From the NCBI GenBank assembly GCA_037439545.1, contig JBBIVV010000026.1:1-31113 (forward strand): a stretch of 31,113 bases of DNA, given 5' to 3'. A program made the translations under genes and the position numbers. The stretch is from a bacterium. GTDB taxonomy: Bacteria > JAMCPX01. Numbering within the stretch: the stretch's first letter is position 1; the number at the start of each line of letters is the position of its first letter. The notes under the pieces are model-generated. The model worked only from the letters and a program-made list of their open reading frames with translations, was not told the DNA's origin and ran no database searches. Positions 9,026 through 16,757 of the stretch are shown here, piece by piece.

Positions 9026-9781
9026 ATGACCAGCGTATCAGGTATCGTTGTTGTTTTTGTTTTGTTGCTGATTATTTCAGGGGTAAAGATATTGAAAGAG
9101 TATGACAGGGCGGTAGTTTTCAGACTGGGAAGATTGATAGGCGCAAAGGGACCGGGTATCATCTATGTGATCCCTTTTATAGACAAGATGTTCAAGATAA
9201 GCACGAGGGTCGTCACCCTGGACGTCCCTTCTCAGGATGTAATCACCAGAGACAATGTTTCCATCAAAGTCAATGCCGTGGTGTACTTTAAGGTCATAGA
9301 TCCGAACAAAGCAATCACAGAGGTCGAGAATTACCTGTTTGCAACATCACAGATTGCCCAGACAACGCTCAGAAGTATATGCGGACAGGGTGAACTCGAT
9401 AAGCTGTTATCCGAGAGGGAAAAGATCAACATGGAACTCCAGGAAGTTATAGACCAACATACATCCCCATGGGGCATAAAGGTATCCACAGTCGAGGTAA
9501 AACAGATCGATCTTCCCCAGGACATGCAGAGGGCAATGGCACGACAGGCAGAGGCAGAAAGAGACAGAAGGGCAAAGGTCATCAATGCAGAGGGTGAGAT
9601 GCAGGCTTCCCAGAAGTATTCAGAGGCTGCAGCAATACTCAGCAAGGAGCCGGCGTCATTGCAGTTAAGGTACCTCAACACCCTCGCTGAGATCGCAACC
9701 GAAAACAACTCGACTATTATATTCCCGTTACCATTGGATATATTGAGCGCATTTGTCAAGAAGCTGCAGGATAATAAATAA
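9026..9781 (+). CDS. Stomatin-like (slipin, SPFH/Band 7) membrane protein
   Basis: [65 protein letters not shown]. Confidence 0.95.
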   Translation: MTSVSGIVVVFVLLLIISGVKILKEYDRAVVFRLGRLIGAKGPGIIYVIPFIDKMFKISTRVVTLDVPSQDVITRDNVSIKVNAVVYFKVIDPNKAITEVENYLFATSQIAQTTLRSICGQGELDKLLSEREKINMELQEVIDQHTSPWGIKVSTVEVKQIDLPQDMQRAMARQAEAERDRRAKVINAEGEMQASQKYSEAAAILSKEPASLQLRYLNTLAEIATENNSTIIFPLPLDILSAFVKKLQDNK

Positions 9782-9805
9782 AGTATTGGTTCGGCGATGG
9801 AGGGG

Positions 9806-9857
9806 CTGAATTACACCGCCCTTACCCGTATAATGTAATTTTGAATGGTACATTATA
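9806..9857 (+). promoter_or_regulatory. Putative promoter of the hydrolase gene, overlapped by a perfect 9-bp inverted repeat (candidate operator)
   Basis: CTGAAT (9806-9811)-17 nt-TATAAT (9829-9834); TATAATGTA-N11-TACATTATA at 9829-9857. Confidence 0.55.
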
Positions 9858-9876
9858 AATACCGGATATACAGCCA

Positions 9877-10725
9877 ATGGGCAGAATAACCAAAGAAGAA
9901 ACATTTATAGACTCGGCAGGTCAGCGTATACACCTTGACATATTCAACAACACGGGTGAGAACAAAACGATCATTTTTTTCCCGGGCACCGGCGCTGCCT
10001 CTGAATTCTATGCCACATTCCTCGAGGCACTTGCATATAAGGGATTCAACGTAGTCGGCATAGACCCTATGGGGCACGGTCATTCCTCGGGCAAACGGGG
10101 TGATTTCACCCTTGAGCAACTTATTGAAAACCTGAATGACACCGTATCGTATACAAAGCAGAAATTCACCGGCAAGATAGGTATTATGGGGAGCAGTCAG
10201 GGAGGGATTGTCGTTTATTATGCTGCGCTTGAGGGATTATCAGTGGCTGCTGTTGTAGCGCATAATGCGGCCCTGCTGTACCAGGAATTCTTGCATATTG
10301 TCAGGTACCCGGAGCTCAATAAAAAATTGCTGGGGGGGCTGGATTATCTGAACAAGCATTTTCCGGCACTGAAACTGCCGACATCGAGCTATCTTAATTG
10401 GCACAAGGTTTTTAACAACCGGAAGATGCTGAAGATATTCAAAGAAGATAAATTGTTCACAGGGTATTATACGGTCCGCGCAATAACATCCTTAAAGGAT
10501 TACAGGCCAAAAATAAAAGGACTCCCGATGCCACCCACCATGATCATGACAGGGACACAAGACGAGATTATACCGAAAGAGGTTTCAGAAAGAGCTTTCT
10601 ATGCATTGAAGGGAAATCTTCATACCTATGTCGAGATTGAAGGTGCAACCCATATGCTGCTGCTTGAGTATATGTCCCAGATCATGCCGAGAATCGTCGA
10701 CTGGTTTGAAACAAGGCTTGAATAG
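9877..10725 (+). CDS. Alpha/beta hydrolase, lysophospholipase/monoacylglycerol-lipase-like
   Basis: FFPGTG oxyanion region, DPMGHGHSSGKRGD, nucleophile GSSQGG, acid GTQDEI, His GATHML. Confidence 0.85.
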   Translation: MGRITKEETFIDSAGQRIHLDIFNNTGENKTIIFFPGTGAASEFYATFLEALAYKGFNVVGIDPMGHGHSSGKRGDFTLEQLIENLNDTVSYTKQKFTGKIGIMGSSQGGIVVYYAALEGLSVAAVVAHNAALLYQEFLHIVRYPELNKKLLGGLDYLNKHFPALKLPTSSYLNWHKVFNNRKMLKIFKEDKLFTGYYTVRAITSLKDYRPKIKGLPMPPTMIMTGTQDEIIPKEVSERAFYALKGNLHTYVEIEGATHMLLLEYMSQIMPRIVDWFETRLE

Positions 10726-10761
10726 GTCAGCGGGGTCTACCCGGATCTGGAAGTATCCCAC

Positions 10762-10789
10762 TTGCAATTTGCAGTAATTATTCTATGAT
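10762..10789 (+). promoter_or_regulatory. Putative sigma70 promoter of the GRE-activase pair
   Basis: TTGCAA (10762-10767)-16 nt-TATGAT (10784-10789); supports ATG 10811 rather than 10790 as start. Confidence 0.5.
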
Positions 10790-10810
10790 ATGAATAGAGA
10801 GAGGTGTGGC

Positions 10811-13765
10811 ATGAAAAAGACCATAAAAACAACTTTCTTTACACGTCCGTTTGTACTTCAAAACATTCTGTATCTCGTCTTGAAGACGATGTCGATGAAG
10901 TTTGTCTTCAGTAAGTCATTCAGAAATCTTATAAAAAACGAGTACGATACTTTTAACAAGACCATTGCCCTCCAGACCAGGGACAAATCTATAAAACTAT
11001 ACGTTGAGTTCCATGACGGGAAAATGACCGTAAGACATGGAATCCCCGAACACGCGGATGTGACGATAATCTACAGAAGCCCTCAGATAGTAAAAGAATT
11101 TGCGACCCTTTCACCCGAGGATATGCTGAACTACCTCCTGACCAATAAATTGACCTTTAAAGGAAATCTCAGCTACCTGTCCAGATTTGCATATATCTTA
11201 AACAATTTCGCACCACAAAAGGGCAGTGGGTCTGTGAAAAACAATGCCATAATACCTCCAGGGACAAGGCCTGATTTAATATCGAAACGGGGTATGCTGA
11301 CTGCAAAACCTTCCGACAGGGTCCGATATCTCGATGAACCGTATCTTCAGGCATATACCATAGCCGATTTTCCGGGTCTTAAGTCACAGAGAGAACTTCA
11401 TTTTTCTATAAAACCCAGTGTGTGCACGGAACGCGCAAAACTTATAACAGAGTATTTTACGGAAACCGGGTTTGAGCATGATAAATCGGGTAACCGGCGT
11501 CAGCCAATACTCAGGCAGGCACAGGCACTTCATTATATCCTGACGAACAAAAAACCGATTATCAGAAAAAACAACCTGCTCGCAGGCACAACAACAGCCA
11601 GGGACGTCGGGGTTGTGATTTACCCTGAGGGGCACGGCATTACACTCTGGCCGGAGCTGAAGACAATTTCGCAAAGAAAGATCCAGCCTTATGATATTGA
11701 ACCGAACGACAGAGAACTGCTGGACAAGCAGGTATTTCCGTTCTGGTCTGATCGCAATGTAAGGGAATACGCAAGGTTTACCAATAACTCCCCGGTGTAT
11801 CAGGAACTGGACGAGAAATTCGTCCTGTACTTTATGTGGAAAACAGTCGCACTCTCACATACAGTGCCCGATTTCCCAAGACTGCTTGCATCAGGCGTTA
11901 CTCCGGTTCTGGAAAATGCAATAAAGAGAAAAAATAATGCAACAGACGAACACAGCATGATTTTTTACAACGCAACTGAAATAGCACTTCTGGGCGTTCT
12001 CAATTACGCAAAACATCTGGAAGAAGAGGCGCAGAAGCTTGCAGAAGAAAATAATCCAGACCGTGTTTATAGAGAGCATTACAAAAAACTCGCAGACATG
12101 CTGAACAGGGTGCCTGCTCATGGAGCAAGGACCCTCGACGAGGCAGTTCAATCTCTATGGATACTGTGGATTTCCCTGCACAACGAGAGTACAAACGCCG
12201 GATTATCACTCGGCCATCTCGACCTGTGGCTGCAGCCGTACTTTGAGTCGGACATGGAAAAGCTGAAAACAAAACAGGATCGTGAAGTATATATAAAGCA
12301 TGCCATGGAATTGATCGGTAATTTCTTTTTTAAGTGTCAGGATCATCTGCCTCTCGTCGCCGATGTGGGCAATAAGCTCTTCGGCGGATCATCATCCGAT
12401 CAGGCAATAACCCTCGGTGGCATCGATGCAAACGGCACCAGCGCGGTAAATGACATGACGTATATATTTTTGAAGGTCACAGAGATGCTGACGATCCGTG
12501 ATCCGAACATGAATGCACGTTATCATCCAGGCATCAATTCCGATGAATATTTAAGGCGGCTTGTTGAGGTGAACATGGTAACATCGGCAACCCCGTCGAT
12601 TCATAATGATAAAGTAATGATACAGTCATTGAAAAGCATCGATTTCAAGGAAGCAGATGCACGGCAGTGGTGTGCGACAGGATGTGTTGAGCCAACCATC
12701 CCCGGGAAGCACTTTGGCCACACGAACAGTATGATGTTCAACATGGTCGCTGCACTTGAAATGGCTTTAAACAATGGTATCCATCCGTTGATAGACGAGC
12801 AGATCGGGCCAAAGACAGGTTCTCTCGAAGAGGATGCATTCCCGACGTTTGAAGATTTCTTTCATGCATTCGAAGTACAACTACGCTTCCTTGCGTACCA
12901 GACGATAGATTATAACAACAGCCTTGGGCAGGCACATCAGGTGATCAGACCGACACCGATACTTTCATCCATGTTTGAAGGACCGATGGACAAGGCAAAA
13001 GACCTTACTGAAGGCGGTGCACTTTACAATACTTCGGGCGTTGCATGTATTGCTCTTACAGACATAGTTGACAGCCTCATGACCATCAAGAAACTCGTTT
13101 ATGATGAGAAGAAAACGGATTTTAAAACTCTTCACAGGGCACTTGATAATAATTTTGAAGGTTATGAGAAACTGCATACGCTGATTCAGAACAAAGTTCC
13201 TAAATTCGGTTCCGATAATCCCCAGGTAAACCAGCTCGCACAGCGCGTCGTCGATACTGTATTCGACCTGTTCTACCACAGGACCAATTACAGGGGCGGG
13301 CATTACCTTGTGGGATTCTGGAGCATGTCAAACCATGTTGCCTTTGGTACTCTTTCGGGCGCACTGCCGAGCGGCAGGTTAAGATATAAACCGTTCACAC
13401 CCGGGCTCACGCCTGAAAATGCAAAGGGTGTCGATCTTCTTTCAAGCATCAGGACTATAGCGGGGTTAAAGCCGGAAAAGATGCCAAACAACATAGCTTT
13501 CAATGTAAAGATAGCTCCTGACTCGAGAGACACCCATGAAGAGACTGTCCATCAGATCACTGCGTATGCAAAATCATACTTTGAACTCGGAGGCATGCAG
13601 ATGCAGTTCAACATAATAACGACGGAGACGCTGAAAGATGCAATGGATCACCCTGATAATTATCGCAACCTGCTGGTGCGGGTCTCCGGCTATAACGCAT
13701 ACTTTGTCGAGCTGGACAAAGATTTACAGCTTGAGATTATTGAAAGACAGCAAATGAAGGTATGA
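10811..13765 (+). CDS. Glycyl radical enzyme (PFL2/glycerol dehydratase-like superfamily) with N-terminal SCP2-like lipid-binding domain
   Basis: Gly-radical motif LLVRVSGY (Gly codon 13688-13690); Cys loop TGCVEP (Cys codon 12683-12685); PKFG, GALPSGR, QMQFN motifs; ~130-aa N-terminal extension with ADVTI...LLTNKLTFKGNL. GAGGTG SD before ATG 10811. Confidence 0.9.
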   Translation: MKKTIKTTFFTRPFVLQNILYLVLKTMSMKFVFSKSFRNLIKNEYDTFNKTIALQTRDKSIKLYVEFHDGKMTVRHGIPEHADVTIIYRSPQIVKEFATLSPEDMLNYLLTNKLTFKGNLSYLSRFAYILNNFAPQKGSGSVKNNAIIPPGTRPDLISKRGMLTAKPSDRVRYLDEPYLQAYTIADFPGLKSQRELHFSIKPSVCTERAKLITEYFTETGFEHDKSGNRRQPILRQAQALHYILTNKKPIIRKNNLLAGTTTARDVGVVIYPEGHGITLWPELKTISQRKIQPYDIEPNDRELLDKQVFPFWSDRNVREYARFTNNSPVYQELDEKFVLYFMWKTVALSHTVPDFPRLLASGVTPVLENAIKRKNNATDEHSMIFYNATEIALLGVLNYAKHLEEEAQKLAEENNPDRVYREHYKKLADMLNRVPAHGARTLDEAVQSLWILWISLHNESTNAGLSLGHLDLWLQPYFESDMEKLKTKQDREVYIKHAMELIGNFFFKCQDHLPLVADVGNKLFGGSSSDQAITLGGIDANGTSAVNDMTYIFLKVTEMLTIRDPNMNARYHPGINSDEYLRRLVEVNMVTSATPSIHNDKVMIQSLKSIDFKEADARQWCATGCVEPTIPGKHFGHTNSMMFNMVAALEMALNNGIHPLIDEQIGPKTGSLEEDAFPTFEDFFHAFEVQLRFLAYQTIDYNNSLGQAHQVIRPTPILSSMFEGPMDKAKDLTEGGALYNTSGVACIALTDIVDSLMTIKKLVYDEKKTDFKTLHRALDNNFEGYEKLHTLIQNKVPKFGSDNPQVNQLAQRVVDTVFDLFYHRTNYRGGHYLVGFWSMSNHVAFGTLSGALPSGRLRYKPFTPGLTPENAKGVDLLSSIRTIAGLKPEKMPNNIAFNVKIAPDSRDTHEETVHQITAYAKSYFELGGMQMQFNIITTETLKDAMDHPDNYRNLLVRVSGYNAYFVELDKDLQLEIIERQQMKV

Positions 13766-14706
13766 CCCGTTTTACCCCCCTGCAAAACGTATCCGGACGG
13801 ATACATTCCAAACAAAAGGCTTTAATTGTAGATCTGAAAAGAAACTCCCTTGATGACGGTCCCGGTATCCGGACTTTAATATTTTTTAAAGGCTGTCCCC
13901 TGAGGTGTGTGTGGTGTCATAATCCTGAGACCAAACATGCTTATCAGGAACTCATGTTTGATGCAAAGCAGTGCATCTCATGCGGTGATTGCGCAAATAT
14001 TTGTATTCCGAAAGCCATTGATCTTTCCGCCCAGGAGAGGATCAACCGCGAGTTGTGCACAAAATGCATGGACTGTATAGATGCATGTCCTTCCGGTGCG
14101 CTCAAGCTTGCCGGCAGGTTTTACACAGAGGATGAGCTCTTTTACGAAATTATGAAAGATGAGCCGTTTTACCGGTATTCATCGGGTGGCGTAACCTTTT
14201 CAGGCGGAGAGCCTGCGGTATACCTGCATTTCGCATCGGCTGTCGCGGGGAAACTTAAAAATGCCGGCATCCATCTTACTATGGAAACATGCGGTTTATA
14301 TAATCATGGACTGCTGAAACAATTACTGCTTCCCTCCCTTGATATGGTGTTTTTTGATATAAAGTTTATCGATCCGTTCCTGCACAATAAATACACCGGA
14401 CGAAACAATAAGGTCATTCTTGAAAATTTCTTAAAGCTTTACAAGGAAGAACGCATTCACGTAATACCCCGTATACCGCTCATACCTGACATAACGGCAA
14501 CAGAAAAGAACCTCTCCGATATAGCAGATTTTCTCAGCCGGCAGGGAATAAAAAGGGTTGAATTGCTTTCATATAATCCTTTATGGACAGACAAAGCGTC
14601 AGGATTGGGACATAGGCTGGAGTATAACAGAAAAATATTTATGGGTAAAGATGAAATAATTAAGATAAAACAGTTATTTAGCAATTTCGATACAGGAAAG
14701 TTTTAA
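13762..14706 (+). CDS. Glycyl-radical enzyme activating enzyme (radical SAM with 2x[4Fe-4S] ferredoxin insert)
   Basis: DGPGIRTLIFFKGCPLRCVWCHNPE (CxxxCxxC), CISCGDCANIC and CTKCMDCIDAC, GGVTFSGGEP; ATGA overlap with the GRE stop. Confidence 0.95.
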   Translation: MTRFTPLQNVSGRIHSKQKALIVDLKRNSLDDGPGIRTLIFFKGCPLRCVWCHNPETKHAYQELMFDAKQCISCGDCANICIPKAIDLSAQERINRELCTKCMDCIDACPSGALKLAGRFYTEDELFYEIMKDEPFYRYSSGGVTFSGGEPAVYLHFASAVAGKLKNAGIHLTMETCGLYNHGLLKQLLLPSLDMVFFDIKFIDPFLHNKYTGRNNKVILENFLKLYKEERIHVIPRIPLIPDITATEKNLSDIADFLSRQGIKRVELLSYNPLWTDKASGLGHRLEYNRKIFMGKDEIIKIKQLFSNFDTGKF

Positions 14707-14719
14707 AAGATGCGTGCAC

Positions 14720-14748
14720 TTGACTTTTTAAAATTAAGTGCATATAGT
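14720..14748 (+). promoter_or_regulatory. Sigma70 promoter of rpoH
   Basis: TTGACT (14720-14725)-17 nt-TATAGT (14743-14748). Confidence 0.7.
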
Positions 14749-14776
14749 ATGAGGCTTAAGGAAGGAGGAGATAATT

Positions 14777-15586
14777 ATGCAAATGGCGTTAAATGACAAC
14801 TTAACGAAGTACCTTGCACAGATAGACAAGTATGCTCTTTTGACTCCTCAGGAGGAAAAGAGACTGGCGATTAAGTATTATGAAAGAAAAGACATTCACG
14901 CAGCACATAAGTTAGTGACGGCAAATATGAGGTTCGTTGTAAAGATAGCCCTGGAATACAGGCATTACAATGTAAAGCTCATGGATCTGATTCAAGAGGG
15001 CAACCTCGGACTTATGATGGCGGTAAAGAAGTTCAACCCTCACAAAGGATTCCGGTTAATCTCCTATGCAGTATGGTGGATAAGGGCTTATATACAGAAC
15101 TTCATAATGAAAACATGGAGCCTGGTGAAGATTGGGACGACACAGCTTCAAAGGAAGTTGTTTTATTCCCTGAACAAGGTTCAACCGGAAAGCAACTCCG
15201 ATATGCTGATTGATGAAAGGAAAATAGAAAAGAAGGCAAAAGATTTTGAAAATAGGCTGAGATTGAGGGATGTCTCTCTCGATATTACCCTTGATGAAGA
15301 GAGCAGGGAATCACACCTTGACCAGATTGTCGACGAAAACGAGAACATAGAAGAACGGATAAGCAAACAGGAAGAAGACTCTGTATTAAAACAAACAGTG
15401 AGTCAGGTCGTAAAAACTCTACCTGAAAGGGAGCAGTACATCATAAAATTCAGGGTCATGTCGGACAATCCGCTCTCTCTCCAGGAGATCGGCGAAAAAT
15501 ACAGTATATCAAAAGAAAGGGTAAGACAGCTTGAACAAAAGGCTTTAACAAAACTAAAGCATTCCATCGTTCCGGCATTGGCATAA
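14777..15586 (+). CDS. rpoH: RNA polymerase sigma-32 family factor
   Basis: DLIQEGNLGLMMAVKKF, RLISYAVWWIRAYI, RpoH-box-like QRKLFYSL after WSLVKIGTT, region 4 ISKERVRQLE; AGGAGG SD. Confidence 0.9.
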   Translation: MQMALNDNLTKYLAQIDKYALLTPQEEKRLAIKYYERKDIHAAHKLVTANMRFVVKIALEYRHYNVKLMDLIQEGNLGLMMAVKKFNPHKGFRLISYAVWWIRAYIQNFIMKTWSLVKIGTTQLQRKLFYSLNKVQPESNSDMLIDERKIEKKAKDFENRLRLRDVSLDITLDEESRESHLDQIVDENENIEERISKQEEDSVLKQTVSQVVKTLPEREQYIIKFRVMSDNPLSLQEIGEKYSISKERVRQLEQKALTKLKHSIVPALA

Positions 15587-15608
15587 CAATTCATCAAGAT
15601 GTACATCG

Positions 15609-15638
15609 AAAAGGCGGCAGATTCTGCCGCCTTTTTTT
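15609..15638 (+). terminator. Rho-independent terminator of rpoH
   Basis: AAAAGGCGGCAG-ATT-CTGCCGCC followed by T7. Confidence 0.9.
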
Positions 15639-15644
15639 AATGGC

Positions 15645-15673
15645 TGGACATTTTTTAATAACTGGTGTATATT
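15645..15673 (+). promoter_or_regulatory. Putative sigma70 promoter of the divIVA unit
   Basis: TGGACA (15645-15650)-17 nt-TATATT (15668-15673). Confidence 0.55.
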
Positions 15674-15696
15674 TTTAAATAAAGGAGGACAGAGCT

Positions 15697-16218
15697 ATGA
15701 AACTAACTCCGCTTGATATCCAGCAGCAACAATTCAGAAAAAGGCTGCTGAAGGGATATGACAAAAGGGAAGTCGATATGTTTATGGAGCTTATACGCAA
15801 CGAGATGGAAGAACTCATCACCGAGAACATGAATATGAAGCAACAGCTTAAGGAAAGGACTGAAAGCCTCGATGGATACAAGGATAGAGAGCAGACCATC
15901 AAAGAAACGATGATCACGACACAACGATTGAAAGACGATATCCATTCAAATGCAGTAAAAGAGGCACAGCTCATTATTGCAGAGTCCAAGATAAAGGCAG
16001 AAGAAATCATAAACAGTGCACAGAACAGATATATGGAAATTACAAACGATATAAAAGAATTGCGGAAGCAGAAGATACAGCTCGATGCAAACCTTAAAGC
16101 CGTGCTTGAAACACACTTAAAAATGCTCGACACTGAATCGGGACAGGGACACAAAGATATCGACGACACGTTGACGGTCATGACGGGGAAGACAAAAAAT
16201 TCTACCAATGGCAGATAG
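15697..16218 (+). CDS. divIVA: DivIVA domain-containing coiled-coil protein
   Basis: MKLTPLDIQQQQF...GYDKREVDMFM followed by a long coiled coil; AGGAGG SD. Confidence 0.9.
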   Translation: MKLTPLDIQQQQFRKRLLKGYDKREVDMFMELIRNEMEELITENMNMKQQLKERTESLDGYKDREQTIKETMITTQRLKDDIHSNAVKEAQLIIAESKIKAEEIINSAQNRYMEITNDIKELRKQKIQLDANLKAVLETHLKMLDTESGQGHKDIDDTLTVMTGKTKNSTNGR

Positions 16219-16450
16219 CAGGAAAAGCATATATGTACAGGTTAAACCTTTATCAAGGACAAGCGAGATAAGACAGGAAGAAAACAATTTAAAAGCTTAT
16301 TTAAAATCTCCTCCTATTGACGGTAAAGCCAATGAAGAACTACTATATTTAGTAAGCCGTTATTTTAAAGTGAGACAATCAGATATAAAAATAAAAAGCG
16401 GCAAAAATGCGAGAAATAAATTAATTCAGATTACAAAGAAGGGAGCATAG
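16208..16450 (+). CDS. DUF167/YggU family protein
   Basis: VQVKP, SPPIDGKANEELL, IKSGKNARNK; follows divIVA with an 11-bp overlap. Confidence 0.88.
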   Translation: MADSRKSIYVQVKPLSRTSEIRQEENNLKAYLKSPPIDGKANEELLYLVSRYFKVRQSDIKIKSGKNARNKLIQITKKGA

Positions 16451-16453
16451 CAG

Positions 16454-16708
16454 ATGCCGATTTATGAATATAAATGCACCTCATGTGGTTACACGTTTGA
16501 GATGCTTCAGAAAATATCAGAAAAACCGATAGATAAATGTCCGAAATGCAATGCAAAGGTTAAAAGACTCATATCAAACAGCGGTTCTTTTATTTTAAAG
16601 GGCAGCGGCTGGTATGCCACAGATTATGTTAAAAAAGATAAACCTTCAACACAGGAACACAAAAAAACAAGCGCCCAGTCACCAAAAACATCTTCAAACG
16701 ACAAATAG
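16454..16708 (+). CDS. FmdB-family zinc-ribbon protein
   Basis: [12 protein letters not shown]...CPKC...[13 protein letters not shown]. Confidence 0.9.
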   Translation: MPIYEYKCTSCGYTFEMLQKISEKPIDKCPKCNAKVKRLISNSGSFILKGSGWYATDYVKKDKPSTQEHKKTSAQSPKTSSNDK

Positions 16709-16757
16709 ATTGGAAAGAGGTGTTCCTCTATTCCATGGGTATTCACCGATACCCGGT

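Noticed and set aside
10811..13765. Annotating the GRE as pyruvate formate-lyase, CutC or alkyl/benzylsuccinate synthase
   Set aside because: No adjacent Cys-Cys pair (PFL), no CMS-type loop or small subunit genes (fumarate-adding enzymes), and CutC specificity segments and microcompartment context are not seen
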